A stretch of 64,000 nucleotides of DNA from Dehalococcoidia bacterium (GTDB lineage Bacteria > Chloroflexota > Dehalococcoidia > GIF9 > AB-539-J10), in the NCBI GenBank assembly GCA_034414555.1, contig DAOUMA010000020.1, positions 43,771-107,770 of the forward strand, in the 5' to 3' direction. Each line of letters begins with the position of its first letter. Within the stretch, counting starts at the first letter, position 1. The notes under the pieces were generated by a model that saw only the letters and a program-made list of their open reading frames with translations, was not told where the DNA came from and searched no databases. Below, piece after piece: positions 56,070 to 64,000 of this stretch. The position numbers and the translations under genes were made by a program.

Positions 56070-57248
56070 TCACTTGGATTTATCACTTGCTTGGAAGCTG
56101 ATTTTCAACCTCTCATCTTCAAACCTGGCCTTGTCTACCGCTAAACCTCTCAGGATATTGGGCAAAATTATGTTTCTTCGGAATGATGCTACCTGTATGG
56201 TAAGTTCATCACCGTTTCTGGCTAAGTTGATGTTCCCTTTGGCGATGAATGGCAAGGCCATGCTAAGTATATAGCTATTATCTTCACGCTTGATGCTTTG
56301 AATCTGGCCATGGAAGAATAACTTAGCAGGGTCATTATCCCGGTAAAGGGTCTTCCCTACAGCCTGGAGCATTGGTATTCCTACCACCTCTTGCTGAAAC
56401 AAGGGCAGGCTCAAAACAGGCAAGGGAGCAAAGCACTCCTCGATTAAAGTATAGTATTCTTTCTGGCTCTTCTTCCAGTAATCAAAATAAGGGTCTTTTA
56501 CTTCTTCAGAAATGAAGCGATTGCAAATAATGAGGTCCGTGGGGTAACCATAAAGGTTAAGGTAGGTGAATGTGCGCTGTGCTTCCTTAATCACCATTTT
56601 CTCAGGATTGACCACCAGGCGCATCGAGGATTTTTTGGGGTCGCTAAGCAAATTCTGTATCCTATCAAGCTCGCTGAACAGGTGTTCTGCGGAGTCGAAT
56701 ACCTCATCGCTTGGCATAGGTATATTGGAAGCGAATTTAACTAGAGGTCGTACCATGCCGACGATAGCTCGTCCTTTTGGGAATATCCTGTGCATCCACC
56801 ACCGCAATATTTCGGGGAAACTAAGCAAACGCAAAGTCTCCCCGGTTGGAGCACAATCTACAATGGCAACATCATATTTATTATCGTCGTGGTAATGGGA
56901 GATGTAAAGCAAATTAGCTAGTTCTTCCATGCCAGGCAGGACAGCTATGTCATCGGCAACAACCTCGTCTATGCCACGCCAGGCTAGCAAAGCTGTTATC
57001 CATTCCTGGACAGTATCCCAGTAAGTTCTCAAAGTTTGTGACATATTGGTTTCCTGCGCCCATAAATTGGAGGCGATAAGCTGTGGCTCATTACCAAGGG
57101 TGATGTCGAAGGAATCGGCGAGGCTATGGGCAGGGTCGGTGCTAAGAACTACAGTTTTGTAACCCAGCTCTGCGGCTCTTAGCGCCGTTGCTGCAGCTAC
57201 AGTGGTCTTGCCTACCCCTCCTTTGCCGGTATACAGGATAATTCTCAT
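56070..57248 (-). CDS. ArsA/Get3-family ATPase with C-terminal alpha-crystallin domain (Get3d-like)
   Basis: GKGGVGKTT, STDPAHSL, DCAPTGETLRLL, single ATPase domain, HSP20-like tail (GDELTIQVASFRRNIILP). Confidence 0.9.
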   Translation of the reverse strand: MRIILYTGKGGVGKTTVAAATALRAAELGYKTVVLSTDPAHSLADSFDITLGNEPQLIASNLWAQETNMSQTLRTYWDTVQEWITALLAWRGIDEVVADDIAVLPGMEELANLLYISHYHDDNKYDVAIVDCAPTGETLRLLSFPEILRWWMHRIFPKGRAIVGMVRPLVKFASNIPMPSDEVFDSAEHLFSELDRIQNLLSDPKKSSMRLVVNPEKMVIKEAQRTFTYLNLYGYPTDLIICNRFISEEVKDPYFDYWKKSQKEYYTLIEECFAPLPVLSLPLFQQEVVGIPMLQAVGKTLYRDNDPAKLFFHGQIQSIKREDNSYILSMALPFIAKGNINLARNGDELTIQVASFRRNIILPNILRGLAVDKARFEDERLKISFQASDKSK

Positions 57249-57340
57249 TTCGCTTATTATAAGCTTCTTCAAACAGAGTGAGCAACTATTGTCCGACGAT
57301 AAAGCGTGATGCTACAATTGCAGCGTTCGGGAATATCAAG

Positions 57341-57628
57341 ATGAAATTAAGTCGCAAGCAAGTAGAGCATGTAGCCTGGTTAGCACGTCTGGGTTTAAGC
57401 GAAGATGAAATCGAGAAATTTACAGTTGAGCTATCCAATATTCTGGAAAATTTTGAGATACTTAATCAGGTGGACACAGCTGATGTGCCACCGGCAACTC
57501 ATGCAGTTCCATTACAAAGCGTTTTCAGGGAAGACCAGAGTTTTCCTTCATATCCTCAAAGCGATGTCCTTGCTAATGCTCCCAAAAGGGAAGAGGGCTG
57601 CTTTAAGGTGAAGCCAGTTTTGGAGTAG
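57341..57628 (+). CDS. gatC: Asp/Glu-tRNA amidotransferase subunit C
   Basis: VEHVAWLARL, FREDQ, LANAP, FKVKPVLE. Confidence 0.95.
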   Translation: MKLSRKQVEHVAWLARLGLSEDEIEKFTVELSNILENFEILNQVDTADVPPATHAVPLQSVFREDQSFPSYPQSDVLANAPKREEGCFKVKPVLE

Positions 57629-57646
57629 GCATCTTAGTTAGGATAA

Positions 57647-58264
57647 ATGATTAATGCCGTTGCTGTAGTCTGTGGCTATCTGCTTGGTTCTATTCCTTCA
57701 GCTTACCTTGCTGCTCGCCTCAAAAAAGGGATAGACATTCGTAATGTCGGAGGCAGGACTGTGGGGGCGCTGAATGTCTACTATGAAGTAGGGCTTGCAG
57801 CCGGAATACTTGTTTTGCTGGTTGACATTGGCAAGGGGATAGCGGCGGTTCTCTTAGCTCGCTGGCTCGGCGTTGATTTAGTATTTCAACTTCTTGCCGG
57901 GCTGGCTGCTGTGTTAGGTCACATTTTCCCCGTTTTTCTCAAGTTCCATGGTGGCCGGGGAGGAGCCACTACCATAGGTGTCCTCCTTATTTTATTGCCC
58001 AAGGCAATTCCCTTCTGGCTTGGTACATGTGTCATAGTGTTGCTTATTACCCGCAATATAACTTTCTGCTACAGTATGGGGTTCATTTGTTTCCCCGTTG
58101 TGGCTGGGTTAATCTACGGCGATGTATCTTTAGTGGCTTTCTCTCTAGGGTTACCACTATTCCTGGGGATAAGGTATATTCCCAGGCTGAGCGAGATGCA
58201 TTCAAAAGCTGGCGGCAGTTGGCGGAAAGTCATCTCCCGCAGTAGCGTTATGGAGAGGCTTTAA
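57647..58264 (+). CDS. plsY: Glycerol-3-phosphate acyltransferase
   Basis: [17 protein letters not shown]...[26 protein letters not shown]. Confidence 0.88.
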   Translation: MINAVAVVCGYLLGSIPSAYLAARLKKGIDIRNVGGRTVGALNVYYEVGLAAGILVLLVDIGKGIAAVLLARWLGVDLVFQLLAGLAAVLGHIFPVFLKFHGGRGGATTIGVLLILLPKAIPFWLGTCVIVLLITRNITFCYSMGFICFPVVAGLIYGDVSLVAFSLGLPLFLGIRYIPRLSEMHSKAGGSWRKVISRSSVMERL

Positions 58265-58269
58265 GTTTT

Positions 58270-59730
58270 ATGAACAAGCTTTGTCAACTGACTATCCACG
58301 AAGCTCACGAACTTCTTAAACGAGGTGAGATTTCCTCGGTCGACCTTACCAAAGCTACACTGGAGCGTATCGCTGAGGTAGAGGACAAAATTCATGCCTG
58401 CGTCACTGTTACCGAAGACATTGCTTTAAGGCAAGCTGAGGAGGCGGATGGTTATATACGGAATGGCAATATTACGCCGTTAGCTGGTGTGCCTATGTTA
58501 ATCAAGGATGTTATCTGCACCGAGGGAATACGAACTACCTGTTCTTCAAAGATACTGGAAAACTTCGTTCCGCCTTACGATGCCACAGTGATAAAGAAAC
58601 TGAAGACGCAAAAAGCAGTGGTATTAGGCAAGGCGAATATGGATGAATTTGCCATGGGCTCTTCTACAGAGCATTCTGCCTTTTTCCCCACTCACAACCC
58701 CTGGAATCTAAACTATGTTCCCGGTGGTAGCAGTGGTGGCCCTGCCGCTGCTGTGGCTGCCGATGAAGCCGTCTACGCTCTTGGCTCTGATACCGGCGGC
58801 AGCATACGCCAGCCGGCAGGATTTTGTGGGGTAGTGGGTCTAAAGCCCACTTATGGGCGGGTGAGCCGTTTTGGTTTGGTTGCCTTCGCCAGCTCCCTCG
58901 ACCAGATTGGACCGATAACCAAGGATGTTACCGATTGCGCCCTGGTGATGAATGCTATTGCGGGATATGATTCTATGGACTCCACCTCAGTGGATTACCC
59001 GGTACCGAATTATGTTTCTTATTTAATGCGTGACCTTAAGGGGCTACGTATTGGCATTCCCCGGGAATACTTTGTGGAAGGGATGCAAGAAGGGGTAAAG
59101 TCAGCTTTGGAAATGGCGATAAAGAAGCTTGAGGAGCTAGGTGCCGAAATAGACTGGGAAGTCTCTTTACCACACACCAAATATGCCTTAGCAGTCTACT
59201 ATATAGTTGCCCCGTCTGAGGCTTCGGCGAACCTGGCTCGCTATGATGGAGTTAAATATGGCTTCTCGGAGCAAAATGCCAGCAGTGTGATAGAGGCGAC
59301 GGAAAAGACACGGCAATTTGGCTTTGGAACTGAGGTCAAGCGGAGAATAATGTTGGGTACCTACGCTCTGTCCGCTGGCTATTATGATGCTTATTACCTC
59401 AAGGCGCAGAAGGTGCGTACCTTGATAAAACAGGAATTTGAACAAGCTTTTGAGAAGTATGATGCCCTGGTTACCCCGACATCGCCCACGGTGGCATTCA
59501 AATTGGGTGAGAAGCTGGAAGACCCGATGCAAATGTATTTGAGCGATGTCTGCACCTTGCCCATAAATATCGCTGGCATTCCCGCCATCTCTATACCCGC
59601 TGGATTTGCCCATGGTTTACCTGTCGGTATGCAGGTCCTGGGCAAGCCGTTCAATGAGGAAACAATACTGCGTATTGCCTTTGCCTATGAGCAGGCAACT
59701 GATTGGCACAAAAAGAGACCGGAAATATAA
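58270..59730 (+). CDS. gatA: Asp/Glu-tRNA amidotransferase subunit A
   Basis: [56 protein letters not shown]. Confidence 0.97.
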   Translation: MNKLCQLTIHEAHELLKRGEISSVDLTKATLERIAEVEDKIHACVTVTEDIALRQAEEADGYIRNGNITPLAGVPMLIKDVICTEGIRTTCSSKILENFVPPYDATVIKKLKTQKAVVLGKANMDEFAMGSSTEHSAFFPTHNPWNLNYVPGGSSGGPAAAVAADEAVYALGSDTGGSIRQPAGFCGVVGLKPTYGRVSRFGLVAFASSLDQIGPITKDVTDCALVMNAIAGYDSMDSTSVDYPVPNYVSYLMRDLKGLRIGIPREYFVEGMQEGVKSALEMAIKKLEELGAEIDWEVSLPHTKYALAVYYIVAPSEASANLARYDGVKYGFSEQNASSVIEATEKTRQFGFGTEVKRRIMLGTYALSAGYYDAYYLKAQKVRTLIKQEFEQAFEKYDALVTPTSPTVAFKLGEKLEDPMQMYLSDVCTLPINIAGIPAISIPAGFAHGLPVGMQVLGKPFNEETILRIAFAYEQATDWHKKRPEI

Positions 59731-59762
59731 ACAACAAATTTCAAATATCTGATTAAAAAGAC

Positions 59763-59791
59763 TTGACAGAATACACGGAAGCGTGTATGGT
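59763..59791 (+). promoter_or_regulatory. R-M cassette promoter with a palindrome in the spacer
   Basis: TTGACA 59763-59768, 17 nt, TATGGT 59786-59791; ATACAC-N6-GTGTAT at 59771-59788. Confidence 0.6.
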
Positions 59792-59838
59792 TAAATAAAA
59801 AGATAAGTAAGTCAGCAAAGAAGACGAGGCGGTTAATT

Positions 59839-60864
59839 ATGGAAGAAATTAAGCACATAAAGTTTTTGAACAGAATTATATGTGGCAATAATTTGGAACT
59901 GCTTGGGGATATTCCAGATAAAAGTATAAATTTGGTTATAACATCTCCACCCTATTACAAACAGCGGGATTATGGTGAGGGAATAGGGAATGAGAGAACC
60001 GTCGAAGAGTATATCGAAAATTTGTGCAAAGTCTTCCATGAATGTGTTAGAGTAGTCAAAGATGATGGCAGTATTGTATTCAACATCGGGGATAAATATG
60101 AAAACGCAAATCTTTTGTTAGCACCGTATAGATTTGCTATCGAAGTCTTAGAAAAAGAGCCCGTAAAGCTTGCAAATAACATCACTTGGGTTAAACTAAA
60201 CCCCACCCCTAGACAATTCAAAAGAAGACTTGTGAGTAGCACGGAGCCTTTTTTCCATTTTGTTAAGTCCGATAGTTACTATTACAACATAAATGAGTTT
60301 ATGAGCCGTTTAGCTATTATAGAGCGGAAAAACAATAAAAGTAGTAATAACATAGGTAAAACATATGTCGAACTGATAGAAAGCTCCTCACTATCAGAGG
60401 AACAAAAAAATATGGCAAAAGAAGAACTATTAGAGGTAATTCAAGAAGTTAAAACGGGTAAAATAGATAGTTTTCGTATGAAAATAAGAGGCATCCATTC
60501 CTCACCTTTTGGAGGACAAGACGGAGGCAGGAAAATTCAGTTAATGAAGAAGGGTTTTACTATAATAAGAATACACGGAGATGCCCTAAAGCGTGATGTG
60601 ATTGAGTGTCCAGTAGAGACAATAAAAGGCTGTAAGCATCCAGCGATATACCCTGAGTATATAATTCAGGAATTACTTAAACTACTTACGCGGAAAGGTG
60701 ATGTAGTTTTAGACCCCTTCATGGGCTCTGGAACTACGGCTGTAGCCTGTAAGAAGTTATGCCGGAACTACATAGGATTTGAAATCAACGCGGATTATTG
60801 TAAGTATGCCGAAGAAAGAATAAAAAACATTGAATATCAACCGTCTATAGAGGGACTTTCATGA
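59839..60864 (+). CDS. DNA methyltransferase, beta-class N4-cytosine type
   Basis: Catalytic TSPPY precedes the SAM motif LDPFMGSGTT; HPAIYP. Confidence 0.92.
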   Translation: MEEIKHIKFLNRIICGNNLELLGDIPDKSINLVITSPPYYKQRDYGEGIGNERTVEEYIENLCKVFHECVRVVKDDGSIVFNIGDKYENANLLLAPYRFAIEVLEKEPVKLANNITWVKLNPTPRQFKRRLVSSTEPFFHFVKSDSYYYNINEFMSRLAIIERKNNKSSNNIGKTYVELIESSSLSEEQKNMAKEELLEVIQEVKTGKIDSFRMKIRGIHSSPFGGQDGGRKIQLMKKGFTIIRIHGDALKRDVIECPVETIKGCKHPAIYPEYIIQELLKLLTRKGDVVLDPFMGSGTTAVACKKLCRNYIGFEINADYCKYAEERIKNIEYQPSIEGLS

Positions 60865-62036
60865 AAGAAACCAAAGATCCTACTCAAATACTTGAACATA
60901 CTTACAGACAAGCTACTGAGGAAATTACAAAAGACGATGGTAAATCTTTTCTGAATACACTCAACAGGGAACAAAAAGAATGGCTGATTACAATAGCAGA
61001 CAAATGCGAATCGCTTAAGGCGGTAGTTACAACACTCGCAACAAGTCTAACAAAGAAAATAGAAAGCCCTAAGCAAGATGTAAGATGCCACAAGATTGGA
61101 CTGGAAGGTGGTTATTCAGGAAGAACATTTGATACCAATTATATAACACCGTTTTTCAAAAGGAAATTTCGAAGATTATCTATGAAGGAAAGTGGCTGGC
61201 TAACTAGGTCTATTGAACAAGCACACGCCTTTACTCTTGACTTCCCAGGTAAGATTAGAGACAAAAATGTAAAACAATCTTTTTTACAAATTCTGAATGA
61301 TATTGAAGAAAATAAAGCCGACCCACAGAAATATCTGGTAGGTTTGCTCATACTTCTAATACAACAAACTGCTATAACTCAAACAAAATTTACCCATGCT
61401 ATTTCTAGAGAAACGGTAACTATTGAATCAATAATAAAATGCTTAAAATCACACTTTTTCGGAGGATACAGTGTTTGGGGTGCGTCCCGGCTACCAGTCG
61501 TAGCAATATACTCAATATACCAAATATTAATGAATGATGTTACACGATACCAAGGTAAGAAGCTTCAACCAATAAGAAGCCATTTAGCTCCAGATGTGCG
61601 TTCAAGAGCTATTGGAGATATAGAAGTAACTGGTGGCAACGGCGAATACTTTGAAGCTGTTGAAATCAAACATAACATACCTATCAATTCTGCAATAATC
61701 GAGGACGCATACCAGAAATTCAAGGACACCCCTATCACACGCTATTACTTGTTAACGACGGCAGAACCCGATACTGAAAGTGGAGAAGAGGAACAGGTTA
61801 GAGCTCTAATAGCGAAAATTAGAAAAGAACATGGGTGTGAGATAATAGTTAATGGAATAATACCATCGTTAAAGTATTATCTGAGGCTATTACCAAATCC
61901 TGTGAATTTTATAGAAAGATACACAGATAATTTAGGGGTAGAGTTCTCTAAAACTACAGAGATTAAAGAGCAACATCTAGCAGAGTGGGGAGGAATTATC
62001 AAAGAACTAACTAAAAACGCAATTTCAACGGAGTAA
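60861..62036 (+). CDS. Putative type II restriction endonuclease (PD-(D/E)xK)
   Basis: 4-nt overlap with the MTase gene, AT-rich, GDIEV...EAVEIKH motif. Confidence 0.75.
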   Translation: MKETKDPTQILEHTYRQATEEITKDDGKSFLNTLNREQKEWLITIADKCESLKAVVTTLATSLTKKIESPKQDVRCHKIGLEGGYSGRTFDTNYITPFFKRKFRRLSMKESGWLTRSIEQAHAFTLDFPGKIRDKNVKQSFLQILNDIEENKADPQKYLVGLLILLIQQTAITQTKFTHAISRETVTIESIIKCLKSHFFGGYSVWGASRLPVVAIYSIYQILMNDVTRYQGKKLQPIRSHLAPDVRSRAIGDIEVTGGNGEYFEAVEIKHNIPINSAIIEDAYQKFKDTPITRYYLLTTAEPDTESGEEEQVRALIAKIRKEHGCEIIVNGIIPSLKYYLRLLPNPVNFIERYTDNLGVEFSKTTEIKEQHLAEWGGIIKELTKNAISTE

Positions 62037-62112
62037 TGATAATACCACCTCCACAAGTAAAATAACTCCCAAGCAAACAGCCTAGCATTGCAAAGTCGAG
62101 ACAAGTCTTTTA

Positions 62113-62195
62113 TAAGAGGGGCGAAGCCTCTCTTAAATAAATTCTTCCCCTTCCCTTGTTAAGGGAGGGGGATATAAGGGGAGGGTTACCTGAAT
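62113..62195. mobile_element. MITE/REP-like element, copy D (partial)
   Basis: AAGAGGGGCGAAGCCTCTCTT and CCCCTTCCCTTGTTAAGGGAGGGG hairpins match the internal modules of copies A-C. Confidence 0.6.
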
Positions 62196-62203
62196 AAAAA
62201 GCT

Positions 62204-62425
62204 ATGAGTGATCTGAAAGTCACCTGCTATTCAGGCCATACCTATGCCGAACGACCACAATCTTTCCTGTGGCAGGGTAAAGAATATAAGGTTAAGGAGA
62301 TAGAAAAAGCATGGGAAGAGCCTGGTAAAAGGTTGTTTAAGGTTACTACGGATAGAGGTAAATTATTTGAGTTATGCTACAATGAAGCAGATGGCCAATG
62401 GTCAGCTATTGAGCTGGTAGCTTAG
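62204..62425 (+). CDS. Small beta-rich hypothetical protein (DUF6504-like)
   Basis: PQSFLWQGKEYKVKEIEKAW...FKVTTD...FELCY...WS pattern. Confidence 0.6.
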   Translation: MSDLKVTCYSGHTYAERPQSFLWQGKEYKVKEIEKAWEEPGKRLFKVTTDRGKLFELCYNEADGQWSAIELVA

Positions 62426-62433
62426 GAGGCGAT

Positions 62434-62913
62434 ATGAACGAAATCTTTGAGATTCTGGAGGATAACGCTCGGGCAACCCCGGAGCAAATTGCTGCTATGG
62501 TTGATATATCTGCCGGCAAGGTAAAAAGCATAATCAAGAAAGCTGAGGAAGATAAAACTATTCTGAAATATAAGACCATAATTAACTGGGCTAAATTAGG
62601 CCGGGAAGAGGTGTTGGCGTTAATTGAGGTTAAGGTGGCGCCGCAGCGAGATGTAGGCTTTGATGCTATTGCGGAGCGTATCTGCCGCTTCCAGGAGGTG
62701 TATTCTGCCTACCTGGTTTCGGGCACTTACGACCTGGCGATATTGGCGAAGGGCAAAAACATGCAGGAAATAGCTGGCTTTGTAACTGGAAAGCTGGCTC
62801 CATTGGAAAAAGTGCAAAGCACCACCACCCATTTTCTGCTCAAGCGGTATAAGGATGATGGTGAATTGCTTGAACCCACAGAGGAGAATAAACGGCTGCC
62901 GTTAAGCCTGTAA
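62434..62913 (+). CDS. Lrp/AsnC-family transcriptional regulator
   Basis: ILEDNARATPEQIA, LVSGTYDL, TTTHFLLKRYK. Confidence 0.92.
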   Translation: MNEIFEILEDNARATPEQIAAMVDISAGKVKSIIKKAEEDKTILKYKTIINWAKLGREEVLALIEVKVAPQRDVGFDAIAERICRFQEVYSAYLVSGTYDLAILAKGKNMQEIAGFVTGKLAPLEKVQSTTTHFLLKRYKDDGELLEPTEENKRLPLSL

Positions 62914-62922
62914 TCTACTAGC

Positions 62923-64000
62923 ATGGACACTATTCAGATTAAAACTATGGATAATTTTATTTCACAGAAGGTAAACAACATATCGCCCTCAGGCATCAGG
63001 AAGTTTTTTGACTTACTCTCCTCTCTAGAAGGTGTTATCTCCCTTGGTGTAGGTGAGCCGGACTTTGTTACCCCATGGCACATCAGGGAAGCTGCTACAT
63101 ATTCCCTGGAGAGGGGTTATACCATGTATACCTCAAACTACGGTATGCTCGAATTGCGTCAAGAGCTGGCAGGGTACCTGGAACGTCATTATGGGATTAG
63201 CTACCAGCATGAGCGAGAAATCCTCGTCACCGTTGGTGTCAGTGAAGGGCTTGACCTTGCGATGCGAGCTATTCTGAACCCCGGTGATGAAGTGATTATT
63301 CCCGAACCATGGTATGTCTCTTATCCGCCCTGTGTCATCCTCGCTGGTGGCATACCGGTATTTGTGCCTACAAGCAAACAAAATAATTTTGCCCTCAAGG
63401 CCGAAGATGTTGAACCCCTGATTAATAAACATACTAAGGCTATCCTCATCGGCTATCCCTCCAATCCCACTGGCGCAGTGATGCCGCGTGAGGAACTGAG
63501 CAAAATCGCCAGGTTAGCTCAAAAATACAACCTCCTGGTGGTTTCAGATGAGATTTATGCCAGGTTGGTCTATGGGGTGGAGCACACCTGTTTTGCCAGT
63601 CTTCCGGGGATGAAAGAGCAAACCATTTTGCTCGGTGGATTTTCCAAGGCATTTGCCATGACTGGCTGGCGGATAGGCTATATAGGTGCTAACCAGCAGC
63701 TTATCGAAGCTATGGTCAAGATTCACCAGTATACCATGCTTTGTGTGCCAACGATGTCGCAAATGGCTGCTATCGAGGCATTAAGGTCTGGTGACGATGA
63801 TGTTGACAAAATGGTTAAGGAATATGATAGGCGTCGAAAGTTCATAGTCAAGAGGCTAAATGAAATTGGCCTACCTTGTTTTGAACCTAAGGGAGCTTTT
63901 TATGCTTTTCCTTCGATAGAGGCTACCGGGATGAATTCCGAAGAGTTTGCCGAAAGGCTACTGATGGAGGAGCGGGTGGCTGCAGTGCCTGGCTCTGCCT
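62923..64000 (+). CDS. Class I/II PLP aminotransferase, truncated by the window end (absent from the ORF track)
   Basis: SPSGIRKFFDL, SLGVGEPDF, PSNPTG, SDEIY, PLP-Lys motif GFSKAFAMTGWRIG. Confidence 0.95.
   Translation, partial: MDTIQIKTMDNFISQKVNNISPSGIRKFFDLLSSLEGVISLGVGEPDFVTPWHIREAATYSLERGYTMYTSNYGMLELRQELAGYLERHYGISYQHEREILVTVGVSEGLDLAMRAILNPGDEVIIPEPWYVSYPPCVILAGGIPVFVPTSKQNNFALKAEDVEPLINKHTKAILIGYPSNPTGAVMPREELSKIARLAQKYNLLVVSDEIYARLVYGVEHTCFASLPGMKEQTILLGGFSKAFAMTGWRIGYIGANQQLIEAMVKIHQYTMLCVPTMSQMAAIEALRSGDDDVDKMVKEYDRRRKFIVKRLNEIGLPCFEPKGAFYAFPSIEATGMNSEEFAERLLMEERVAAVPGSA

Noticed and set aside
19498-57248. arsM + arsA as an arsenic-resistance system
   Set aside because: The genes are about 36 kb apart, no arsR/B/C/D is present, and the ArsA-like protein is single-domain with an alpha-crystallin tail, which is the Get3d type.
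1-64000. CRISPR arrays, rRNA, integrases, inteins, selenoprotein or programmed-frameshift genes
   Set aside because: No regularly spaced repeat-spacer array, rRNA-like sequence, tyrosine/serine recombinase, dnaB intein or in-frame TGA within a recognisable gene was seen by eye. Weak signals could have been missed.

Overview
A 64-kb bacterial chromosomal window. Gene order (rplI-dnaB-dnaD-dnaC-like-HNH; nusB-acpP-fabD-rpmF-yceD; PSP1-holB; gatC-plsY-gatA; Lrp-aminotransferase) most resembles Chloroflexota, class Dehalococcoidia; this is an inference from recalled synteny, not a database result. Core genes: nth, asd, apgM, lysC, lysA, FAS/ribosomal genes, trxB, dnaB, groESL with a perfect CIRCE, dtxR-feoAB, etfBA, EF-G2, gatCA and tRNA-Pro(CGG). 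The accessory material is more interesting: (1) a propeptide-less, stand-alone proteasome-beta-like Ntn hydrolase; (2) a four-gene candidate corrinoid capture/uptake module (secreted alpha-barrel + DUF4430 transcobalamin-like protein, membrane-anchored Ig-like partner, DUF4430 membrane protein, CbrT-like ECF S-component) with no recognisable B12 riboswitch but two near-identical sigma70 promoters sharing a CAAG-N4-CTTG operator, next to a wHTH regulator; (3) a split three-gene homolog of the anaerobic plasmalogen/ether-lipid synthase (PlsA/PlsR/Ger type) beside the fatty-acid genes; (4) a class III PHA synthase cluster whose promoter abuts a 348-bp deleted IS481-like element; (5) a Get3d-like ArsA ATPase with a small helical partner; (6) a possible relic island between tRNA-Pro and a degenerate copy of its 3' half; (7) an AT-rich type II R-M cassette; (8) several REP/MITE families and gene scars (DAPG hydrolase, ADP-ribosylglycohydrolase, iscS, mini-feoA). 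No CRISPR, rRNA, integrase or prophage was seen. All family calls come from motif recognition by eye. Start codons were adjusted from the ORF track where an RBS or family N-terminus supported it.
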